The position numbers and the translations under genes were made by a program. Shown here one piece after another: positions 49,532-60,000 of a DNA stretch of 60,000 bases (its first letter is position 1; the number at the start of each line of letters is the position of its first letter). The DNA comes from Malacoraja senta (Eukaryota): positions 312,001 through 372,000 of the forward strand of contig CM075993.1 of assembly GCA_038087875.1 (NCBI GenBank), in the 5' to 3' direction. The notes beneath the pieces are model-generated. The model made no database searches. It was given only the letters and a program-made list of their open reading frames with translations, and was not told where the DNA came from.

Positions 49532-50284
49532 AAGTGCTGCCCTTTCACAAAAGATATGTTACCATATTCAAGAGATATGTTACTCAATTCAAGAGTTAGA
49601 TTTAGCTCTTGGGGCTAACATAATCAAGGGATATGGGGAAAAAGCAGGAACGGGGTACTGATTTTGGATGATCAGCCATGATCATATTGAATGGTGGTGC
49701 TGGCTCAAAGGGCCGAATGGCCTACTCCTACACTTATTTTCTATGTTTCTGTGTTTCAAAAACATTGAACAAAAGCCATCCCAGCTTGATGTAGAGGTTC
49801 CAGCATCATTTCTCCTGGTGTCAGACCAATACTTGCCCCAAAACCAAGATCAAAATAGATTAACAAGTCAGGAACCTCATTATATATGTCCCTGGATCCA
49901 TGCTACAGAATAAAAATGTGTATTTATGCAGTATTTCCCACAACCTCAGTGGTGCGCTTGTCTTTACACCGCTAAGCCAACATCTCTGAAGCATTCTCAC
50001 TGCTGTAATTTGCACACAGCGGGTGCTCACAGGCAAAGGGGCCTGGAAACTTCAGTTCACTGGCTGTAACATGGTTGGGATACAAAGGGCCAGTTAGTTT
50101 GCTCGTCCCCAAGTATGGTAACATATCTCTTGTTGAAACAACAAAACAAACTTTGAGGGTGATTTGTAATTACAACTGTTAAGTTAATTAATTCTGTGGA
50201 TACACATTGTTCCAAAGGCAGTCAGTAAAAAGGCAGCCGTTATTTAGGTACAGACCCAACACATAGTGGAGGCCACAAACCTAC

Positions 50285-50427
50285 CTTCAGATGGAGACAC
50301 CTTGGGGTGCACAGGTTGCAGTGGCGGTCCAAAACGGGACTGAAAGCCAGGCAGCTGGGACCCAGAATCATATCTCTTCTCAGTGGTGCTGGGCTTGATC
50401 ACGTGGTCAAAGTCTGCCGTTGTGTTC
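50285..50427 (-). CDS. TJP1: TJP1 exon
   Basis: NTTADFDHVIKPSTTEKRYDSG...VHPKVSPSE; AG/GT boundaries and phases fit the neighbours. Confidence 0.8.
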
Positions 50428-50930
50428 CTGGAATAACAGGACAGCTCTTAGAACATGCCAGATATCAAACAAATATCAACAACATGCCTCAATGCAGCCT
50501 GCTGCAGTTCATCCACTATAAGATTGGACTTTGTCATGAGTACAACAGAAATGGTCATGGCCCTACACAAACTGCACTCACTGAGACATGTGAAACACTT
50601 TACGTCCCAGCACAATGCATGATCCTGCCTAGAACGTCATGAGATTGGCTCCATGATACACGAGATCTCAGCACATTAAGTCCAGTCGAGAATCTGCCCG
50701 CCACATCTCAGCTCGTTGATAACCAGGAACGCCACTGAATGTTCAGAGTAGCTACCTCCACTCTCTTCCTGGGATGTTTAAGCCTGAAGGACTAATCGGA
50801 GAGTTGAGAAGAGAATTGAACATTGTGCATTCATCGGCAAACATCCTCACACCGCACCTTACACGGAGGAAGGCATTGATGAATTTGCAAAAAATGATTA
50901 GGTTTTGAAGAGTTTCTGCAAGATGCTAAC

Positions 50931-51363
50931 AAATGGGTCAAGGGCTGACCAACAAACAGGGATTTGTTCTAATGGGTCAAGGGCTGACCAACAAACAGGG
51001 ATTTGTTCTAATGGGTCAAGGGCTGACCAACAAACAGGGATTTGTTCTAATGGGTCATGGGCTGACCAACAAACAGGGATTTGTTCTAATGGGTCAAGGG
51101 CTGACCAACAAACAGGGATTTGTTCTAATGGGTCAAGGGCTGACCAACAAACAGGGATTTGTTCTAATGGGTCAAGGGCTGACCAACAAACAGGGATTTG
51201 TTCTAATGGGTCAAGAGCGCTGACCAACAAACAGGGATTTGTTCTATGGGTCAAGGGCTGACCAACAAACAGGGATTTGTTCTAATGGGTCAAGGGCTGA
51301 CCAACAAACAGGGATTTGTTCTAATGGGTCAAGGGCTGACCAACAAACAGGGATTTGTTCTAA
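50931..51363. repeat. 39-bp minisatellite (aatgggtcaagggctgaccaacaaacagggatttgttct)n, about 11 copies
   Basis: Direct tandem units. Confidence 0.97.
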
Positions 51364-51930
51364 TTGCAAGGTAGGACTCCAATTTCACTATAATAATAAA
51401 TACTTTCACTTTTAACAGGGTTCCTTGATGCACACGGCATCTAATGTAATCTTGATGTCACAGGGAGTGACTCATCTCACTCATATCTGCACCGTGGTGG
51501 TAAAAGGATTCAGTGCTGTGATAAAACCCACAGTGTTAGATGATTGGTGAGGTTTCTCCACAATTACTGAAGTCATCATTTACTTTACATAACTTTAGTA
51601 TGACAGCTTAGGTATAAATTGTATTCCCACTTTTTTGGACAATAAATAATGCTTGATAGCATTGCAATTGACATATTTCCTTGCTTTGCTGTTGATTCTT
51701 TCAAACCCAACCATACATTCAAGATCCACAGATTGTATTTTATTATCTGCTACACAGTGGAAGACAGGATAGTAGTCCTCAACTTCAGTGAAGGATGCAC
51801 ATGTCTGTGTTTACCCTGGTTAGACTATCGCAATTATATCTCCAGTCACTGTAGATCTCAGGATCAGAGTGAGGAAACCCGAGAGCATCCTTCAATAATT
51901 TCAACCTCAACGTGTGCAGCTGGTGCTTAC

Positions 51931-52149
51931 CTGGGCAGGTAACTGGGGTAGTTGGGCTGATGCATAAAGTCAGATGATTTAGATGGCTCTGGGAAGCTGC
52001 TGGGAGGGAGATGTGTTACAGGCTTCATATCAACGTTTCTGCGGCCAAAATAAGACAATTGCTTCCGATAATCTTCCTCATCTTCATCTGCGCTATAACT
52101 GTTTGATCGTAAAGTTTCTGCAGGAATCTTCATTTGAGGCTCCGGGCTC
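51931..52149 (-). CDS. TJP1: TJP1 exon
   Basis: SPEPQ...RSNSYSADEDEEDYRKQLSYF. Confidence 0.92.
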
Positions 52150-52846
52150 CTGCAGGTGAATAACGTTGATTACTGAATGATTCAGTAAGAATATATTAAC
52201 AGCAGATGATCCCAGGTCAAAATAAAAGAATTTGCATTTATGCTCAGCCTAAACCAGCATGTACATTTAGATTAGTTTAGAGATACAGTATGGAAACAAG
52301 ACCTTCGGCCCACCGAAACCAGGCTGACCATCGATCACTCGTTCTATGTTATTCCACTTTCTCATCCACATTCTACAAACTACGGCCTATTTAGAGGCCA
52401 AAGCCAGCAGACCCATTCCCATAGCCGACCAGAGGCCGCCAATGAAACTGTGTGGTGCTCCAAATGTGAAATGAATGTAAATTTCAATGCTGACATTTTT
52501 AAATCGGGTCAAAACAGCTACTGCAGGTCATAGCGATCAGCTGCGGCTTTGGCCGAGACCTCCCAACCAGGAACATCATCTTGTTTTAACGTCTGAATTT
52601 TGACATTTTGCTCAACACACAAAGCATTTGCAGAACCTCCAGTGTCCATTCGGGCAGCATTTATATTGTCGCTGTATACCCATGGACAAATCAATGCAAG
52701 AACATCAGATGCAGGGACAGAGAATCCAAAAATATGAGGATTATATACAAAAGCACTGTACCAAGGCCAAAAGTAATGAATCCAATCATTCCTGTCCATT
52801 CAGCCAGATAACATCATTGCACAAAGGTTGAATACAAAAGCAGTAC

Positions 52847-52959
52847 CTGTACAAATGTGGAGGCTTTTCTTGCTCTGGTGCGGACTGAAAGATTGGCTTG
52901 GAAGCAGCAGCAGCAACAGGAGCAGGAGCTAACACAGGCTTAGGAGCAACTTCAGGAGA
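52847..52959 (-). CDS. TJP1: TJP1 exon
   Basis: SPEVAPKP...EQEKPPHLY; boundaries and phases fit. Confidence 0.85.
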
Positions 52960-54384
52960 CTGAAAGAAGACAAGTTACATAGTCGTCAACATCTCCACAA
53001 TCAACTTTCCAATAAAACCAAAGTAACAATTCATTTATTGTCCCCAAAAGTCAAGCCACAGTCTCATGTATAAAATTGAGAAGGATATATTTTCAACAGG
53101 ATGGCTTCAAGCATCTAACTATCAACACCACTACCAAAAAACAGCAACCTATGTATCCCAATTCAACAGCTGGAATTAATTGAAATTGTGCAACAGCGAC
53201 TATGATTCAGCCAAACAAAAAGACAGTTGAAAATGGTCTTCCTTTCACTAATGTGAATAATCTCCTTTGCAGGCAGTGGCTCTGACACCACTCTTGGGAA
53301 CACACCTTAAATAGCAGAATAACTTGTTTTCAGAATGGGTGTGGGCCTAACCAAATAATGAGCCTTTCTGGTTAAAAGTCAACTTAATTGGGTTTGTTTT
53401 GAAATGTTTCAGCCAAAAGATGCGACTAGGCAGAAAACATTAGAAGTAACACTGGAGTAACTCAGCGGGCCAGGCAGCATCTCTGGAGAGAAGGAATGGG
53501 TGATGTTTCGGGTCTTTGGTCTGAAGAATGGTCTCGTCCCGAAACGTCACCCATTCCTTCTCTCCAGAGATGCTGCCTGTCCTGCTGAGTTACTCCAGCA
53601 TTTTGTGTCCATCTACTTCTAATGTTTAGAAAGGCACTGCAGTTCCTTCCTACACATTAGAAGTAGAATTGTCAGTTTAGTAAAATAGAAAGACAACCAT
53701 TTCATGCAGCTCTTTCCCCGGTATAGCTGTACCAGCAGCTCCCAAATCTGCTCTGAACATCAATATTCCCTTGATTTTTCAAACTGGTATTCAAGTCTGA
53801 AGAAGGGTCCCGACTAGAAACATCACCTATCCGTGTTCACCTGACCTAATTACTCCAGCACGTTTTTTGTAATCCAGCACTTACAGTTCCTTCTTCTAGC
53901 ATTTGTGAACCATTTTATACTGTACTTCTCAACATTGCAACACCAAAATCAGGACAGTCAAAACAACAGATATGACAAAAAAGATTGCAAATTATTTCAC
54001 CTGACCAGCAAAACCTGCTTTTGTACAAAAACATGTGGCGTGGAAAAGTAATACTTAAAGGCATGTGACAACTACAAATGCAGATTAATTCAAGTAACTT
54101 TCTCAGAAAAACAGAGTGATCAGTAGATCAAAATGTAACCACCTGAATGTTTTAGAATTAGCAGACGTGTGTCTGCCTCGTGTCTGACACAGCACCTAGG
54201 AGATCAGTTACGCTAACCACATCCCCTCATACTGAAGCCCGGCACCAATATTAGGGGTAAATCCAAACAGCATAGAACTTGGTGCAAACATTCACTTTAT
54301 ATTAAAATTCTAAAACTATGCTTTATATCAAGACATTGTAAAAACTTATTACTGTATAAAGTAAGTTTTAAAAGATGAACCTAC

Positions 54385-55290
54385 CCTTACTGGTATTATT
54401 TCAGCTGGGTCCTTGCTCTTCATTGAAGTAGTTGTCTTGCTTTCAAAGAGTTTGACCCTGGTGAGGACTGACTGCGGTTTCATTGCTGGGTCCACATCTT
54501 CCTCCACCTGTGGTTTTACAGGAGGGGGAAGCTGTGCTTTACCCACCGAATGCAGGGTGTCGACAGGTTTACTGTGGGGGGGAGGAGGAGGGGGGAAGGA
54601 GACATCCGTGTTATGGACCAGCTCCAACTGGCGGGGGAGGGAGTTGTAGCCTTGAGGTGGGCCCTGGTCATAGGGCTGGGGATCAAAATACTGCTGCTGA
54701 GGTTCTGGAGATCTGGGCGCTGGTGGGTGGAAAGCCTGCTGACTGCGCTCATATCGAGACCGAGGGTCATAGCCGTGCAGGAGTGGATCAGTGAACTGCG
54801 GCTGTGGTGACTTGTAATTTTTAAGTGGCTTATCATAACGTGGCAGTCTGTTTTCATGGCCTGAAGGTGGCGATGGGTCATCGTGTTGTGGGGGGTAGGC
54901 ACGATCCGGGTAATGTTCCTGGTGCTTTGGCTCATAGTCCTGTGGATCCTGGTCCTCATAGTAGGGGGCAGGTTGGTAGGGAGTGTGCTTTTCATGGTAA
55001 TGTGGCCACTTGTCATTGTAACCGGGCAGGTTTTCATCGTAATGCGAAATAGAACCATAACTTGGAGGAAGCTGTTCATATTTTGCTTGTGATTGATGCC
55101 TGTAAGGTTGCTCCTCAAAGTGCTGCTGCTGATGCTCATATTCCCTGTGCTGCTGCTGCTGCTGCTGCTGCTGTGGAGGTTCATTACTTGGCCTCGCTCT
55201 CTCAGACAGCAATACAGAGTGGTTGCCTATCGGCTGCTTCATCTCGTAATTACGCCCCAGATTGTCATCGTTGTGCGAGTCCTTGTACAT
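54385..55290 (-). CDS. TJP1: TJP1 large proline-rich exon (actin-binding region)
   Basis: EEDVDPAMKPQSVLTRVKLFE motif; open frame of 302 codons. Confidence 0.93.
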
Positions 55291-57097
55291 CTACACGACA
55301 AGAGAAAAACTCTGTAGCAGTGCACAGACACTCATGTGAAGAAACAACACAGAAAGGTTTGGAGTACACATCAGTCCCACTACCTGCCACATGACAAACA
55401 ATGTGGATTCCAGATCTTTGCTCCAAACCTGCCATTCAACTGTGGATCCAGCGACACCTCTAACATCTGTTCACAGGACGACGGGATTTGTGGTTCCTTC
55501 CTTAATTCCAATATTTGTATCCTATTTTAATTGAATTTTGCTTCAATTGGTTGGTTTCAAATGTACATTTTAAAATGTGTCTGGTGAACTCATTGGGCAA
55601 CACAGAAGTGTTTTAAGATGCAGCATGGAATTACTAGATTGAAGACAGCTGATCAGCTCTCCCTCTCCAGCCATTTAGTTGATATCTGGCCCACCCAAAG
55701 CTCTGCCTGATCACTAATTATAACGAGCTAGGCCTGCTTGTGGGGGAGAATAAATTGTCACTTACCTTTACAGACCATCTGTTTTGCTCTTCACATTAAA
55801 GTTGATGATTGCTTCAAGCTGACTATAATTGAAGTTTTTACATCAAAACCCGTGTGAAAATGTTATCCCAGCCACAATGATTAGACTACACAACAATCCA
55901 ACATGTTACATGCAGGAATTGACATCATATGTATCATTACTGAAGAGTGAAAGAGGAAGCTGGCCCCTTCACGACTAACTTTCCTGTCTAAACCGTGGCC
56001 ATCCACTCAGGGGAACATGAACAACCATGCTGACATCTCAGCACCATGCAGAGGCCTTGCACTGATGGCTGCAGGAGTACTTTCTCTCCTAGGATGTGCT
56101 CAATATGGGAGCTTTCAAATACCAGTCTCAATCATAGATCAACAACTTTAAACAAATAATTTTAAACAGTGACTCAGAAAGATTGTATGTTTTGAGCACA
56201 ATTGTAATGAGTTGAATTCATGCAATGATCTATAACGTTCTTTCCAATTAAAGTAATGCGTCTGTTTAAAACTGGATTATAAATGCAATTGTTTCAGGAC
56301 AATACGACTTTCTCCCCACAGCATAGAATGCCTACAACTTCTTAGTTTAAAAAAAGTAGAAAGGTTACATTTGAAAACAATGCAGACCAAATGCTGACCT
56401 TGCATTGCTCTCATTAAATTCAGCTACCCCTTGATCGCAGTGAACAGCCAGACGAATATTCATTTAGAAACAGATCTGTGAGGATTAAGTAAAATAAATT
56501 GTCCAAAAACAATGCTGATGCCTGCCGTGAGAGCAAGATGCCCTCCACCCATGCCCAAAGAATTCTACTTGCAGTCCACAATCGGTACAGGGGCCAGCCC
56601 AGCAGAGAGCCTTGCAATGAAGTGAAGCAGTAAGAAACTGTAGGAAAGATGCGCAAGCAGAACAGTCAAGGTATAGGCCAAACCAACTATATCAGAGTTA
56701 AAGCCCTTATTCAAACTGCTTAATACACTGTTATACTGAGAGGCTAATGTTACCCTCAATTGGATCAACTTTTATTAGCTTTTAAAATGTAATGCTTTGG
56801 ATAACATTCTGCTGTTAGAAAGGAAACTCAGAATATACTTAAAAAATTAATACAGTTAGTGCCTGTGTAATATTCATTAGAATAATTAGGCAGGTCAGTG
56901 CTATCTCTTGAGCTTGGGCACTACAAACTCTGCTTTCCCTTCTGCATCATAAAGATTGTTAATTTGCTTACCACACACTTGGTCTGGCCTCTAACTTCAG
57001 CAAAGTGTTTAGCTTGGAAGCGAGAGCAGGTGGTTGAACATGAGCAAGCAGATGTGTGCAGTAGGCATGCAAGGTGTTTGCAGCAAGTGAGTGGTAC

Positions 57098-57367
57098 CTT
57101 TGTTGGTTCTGCAGTTCGAGTTGCTGCCAGTTCTGCATCTCTCAGCCTCTCTGGACTGACAGAATGAATGAAGCTTGGAGGCTCAGGGCTGGGGCTGCTG
57201 TGGGGGTCGATGTGAGGCTCAGGGCTGCTGTGGGAGGGAGAGGCCATCTCCTCACGTCTCACATTGTTTAGATCTATTGTGGCATTGACTGTGGGGGACA
57301 TTGTCACCACAGGAATAGATTCAAGCTGCTGGGATGAACTGAGTACTGCAGGAGGAATATCTGCTTT
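57098..57367 (-). CDS. TJP1: TJP1 alpha-domain-like cassette exon
   Basis: KAD...LNNVRREE...LRDAE...EPTK; symmetric phase 0/0; 90 codons. Confidence 0.82.
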
Positions 57368-58861
57368 CTGTGAAATGTCCAAGATAAAATTAGATAGTTT
57401 AATTCAAGTCATGTTACCTACAAGGTGCATCCTTGGGGGAAACATTGATTACAACACTATTCTTAAATAATTCGCATAATGCAGGCCAGTTTATCAAAAC
57501 ATGCTAAAAACAAAATTAATTTACAACTCTGACAAAGAAAATCCCCATCACTGTTGTCACCACTAGCTACGAATCATTCTGCCTGCCTCTCACCTTCAAA
57601 TAAATCAGATAATCACCTTCTTTGCAGATATTCTGCCCAACTATTATTTTACACCACTCCCTTGCCAAGAACATACAACAGATGAAAGGGCCAATCTGCA
57701 TCTCGTTTCCTGCACTATTCAACACAATCATGGCTGTGCATCGTGGTCTCAATACCAACTTCCCACTCTCTGTACCCCTGTGCCTTGTCAGTCTGATATC
57801 TGCCAATGACCGCCTCCATAGTTCTCTGGGTGGAGAATTCCAAGGCCAAGGCCCTTCATCTCCGTCTAGCAGTTGATGGAACTCAACCATTGACAGACCC
57901 CATCGTTCTCACACCCCATCCAGCACCTCACCAAATGCCCTTTAGACATCCACTTATACAACATCCACTGGACCCCTCCTACCTGCCCAGCCCACTACAT
58001 CCTCAAAGCACTGTAGCACCCATCAAACAACATTAACTCATCATAAAACCATGGCAATCCTGCTTGATTGTCATGATATTCTGATATCTCACTAGAATGA
58101 TGCTACTTAAAAGACACCTGGACAGCTATGTGGATAGGAAAGGTTTGGACTAAATGAGCCAGGCTAATTATTGGAGACAAAGATAGAGAAGACAGTTTTC
58201 CCAGGGTGGAAATGTCAAAGACTATAGAGGGCATAACTTTAAAGAGAGTTGGGCAAAGTTTAAAGGAGATATGCAGGGCAAATGTGTTTTGCACAGAGAA
58301 TGATGGGAGCCTGGAATGAGCTGACAGGGGTGATAGTGGAGGCAGATACAATAGTAGGATTTAAGAGGCTTGTGGGCGGGCACATGGATATGGAGGGATA
58401 TAGATCATGTGCAGACAGAAGAGATTGATTGAATTTGCTATCCATTCAGCTATCTCTCCCATGCGATCTAACCTTCCAGAACAGCCTACCAAGCAGAACC
58501 GTGTCAAACGCCTTACTAAAGTCCATGTACACAACATCTACAGCTCTGCCCTCATCAACCTTTTTGGTCACGTCTTCAAAAAAATCAATCAGTGAGACAT
58601 GACCTCCCACGTACAAAACCATGCTGACTATCCCTAATCAGCCCTTGCCCATCCAAATGCCTGTATAATCTATCCCTCAGAATACTCTCTAGTAACTTTC
58701 CACTACAGATGTTAAGCTCACCGGCCTATCGTTCCCAGCATTTTCCCTGCAGCCCTTCTTGAAAAGAGGTACAACATTTGCTACCCTCCAGTCTCCTGGC
58801 ACCTCTCCTGTATTTAAGGACGACTCATAAATGAAAATGCTTTGGTCACAGGCTGACTCAC

Positions 58862-59203
58862 CGGTTGATTCGGCAAAGGTTTGTAGGCAGAAGAATCAAC
58901 AGTGTGCTCTTGTGCTGGAAAAGATGGGAATGCTTGCGGCATGGATTCTGGGTGCATCATCGACGAATCTTCCCTTACTGGCTCCGAAGACCTAGTAATG
59001 GCAGACTCCGTGGGTCCAATATCATCATTGAGAGTCTCATCCAGTTCTTGGTCAGTGTAGGCACCGCCTTCTGTGTCTGTGTCGTCGTAATCGGAAGTGT
59101 GCCGACTGTCTGTGCTATACATGGAGTACTCGCTACCTGGAGCCGACAGGTACGATAAACGGTCATCGTGCAAGTCAAGGTCATCTTCTGCTGCACCGTC
59201 AGC
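58862..59203 (-). CDS. TJP1: TJP1 exon (acidic region after GUK)
   Basis: DDLDLHDDRLSYLSAPGSEYSMYSTDSRHTSDYDDTDTEGGAYTDQELDETLND. Confidence 0.96.
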
Positions 59204-60000
59204 CTACGAGACAACACACCAAACCAGAGCACACAATCATGCAACTGTCCAAACCACACTCACTCAATAAAACATCTCAGCATTTGGGCATCTGCTAGAT
59301 CATTAACAAAGTGAATTGGTTGTTAACCAAATAATTTGTTGGGCCTATCCAAGAGGGTTTTTTGTATAGATAGTCAACTGGAGGAGGGACCATATATGGG
59401 GAAATGAGGCTGGCTGGGCAACATGCATTTCAGTGCGAGAGCATTATGGAAACAGTGATCACGATCCCATAAGTTTTAAGATAAGGACAAAGATACGATA
59501 AGGATAAGTTTGAACCTTTGGACAAAGCAGAGTACAACATGAGGCAAACGCTACAAAGAGTACATCTGTAGGCAAGTCCATATCTGACACGTGGGATTAG
59601 ACACAAAATGCTAGAGTAACTCAGCAGGTCAGGCAGCATCTCTGGAGAGAAGGAATGGGTGACGTTTCAAGTCGAGAGCCTTCTTCAGACTGACATGTGG
59701 GAGTTGTTTAAAGAGCTGATCAGAGTTCAGGAGGCTTTTAAATGAATCTGCAGGGAATTGAGAGTTGAGGATCATCTTCAGGCATAAGGGATTAGTTTAT
59801 GTCAGCCTCATGTTTGGCACAGACATCATGGGCCAAATGCCCTATTCCTGTGCTGTTCTATGTTCTATAACTTAGATGCTAACCTTTCACCCTCATGGCT
59901 TCTCTTGGAGATTAACTTTAACGAGATTGGGGAATGCAACAATCAAACGATACTTGTGGCTATTCTTCAGAAACAATTCCACTTGGCAGAGATCAGACGT

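Noticed and set aside
49052..49661. Repetitive ORFs in three frames
   Set aside because: Artefact of the 19-bp minisatellite
52640..52680. DNINAARMD peptide resembling MCEE exon 3 (VDNINAAVMDL)
   Set aside because: Similarity does not extend, there is no upstream MCEE exon, and it lies within a TJP1 intron; treated as chance

Overview
Eukaryotic (vertebrate) genomic DNA, most likely a cartilaginous fish such as a skate or ray (inferred from the repeat families). It carries part of the conserved FAN1-MPHOSPH10-APBA2-TJP1 synteny block. Genes present: two 5' coding exons of FAN1 (-), a complete 11-exon MPHOSPH10 (-), the first coding exon of APBA2 (+, cut by a 200-N gap at 41556-41755), and the last ten coding exons of TJP1/ZO-1 (-). 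Introns and intergenic DNA are dense with CR1 LINEs (two young, near-intact), Rex1/Babar, L2, Penelope-like fragments, a V-SINE, a full-length Tc1 transposon, MITEs and several minisatellites. The most notable observations are: dispersed Penelope-derived fold-back units with minimal hammerhead-like cores; a 932-bp non-coding retroposon nested in a CR1; a structured extension in one CR1 3'UTR; a FAN1 first exon filled with a G-rich VNTR, with no visible UBZ finger and a tandem CTCF-motif array upstream; apparent absence of MCEE from its syntenic position; and single-base frameshifts in essential genes that look like assembly errors. All gene calls rest on my own translation and recalled homology; no searches were run.
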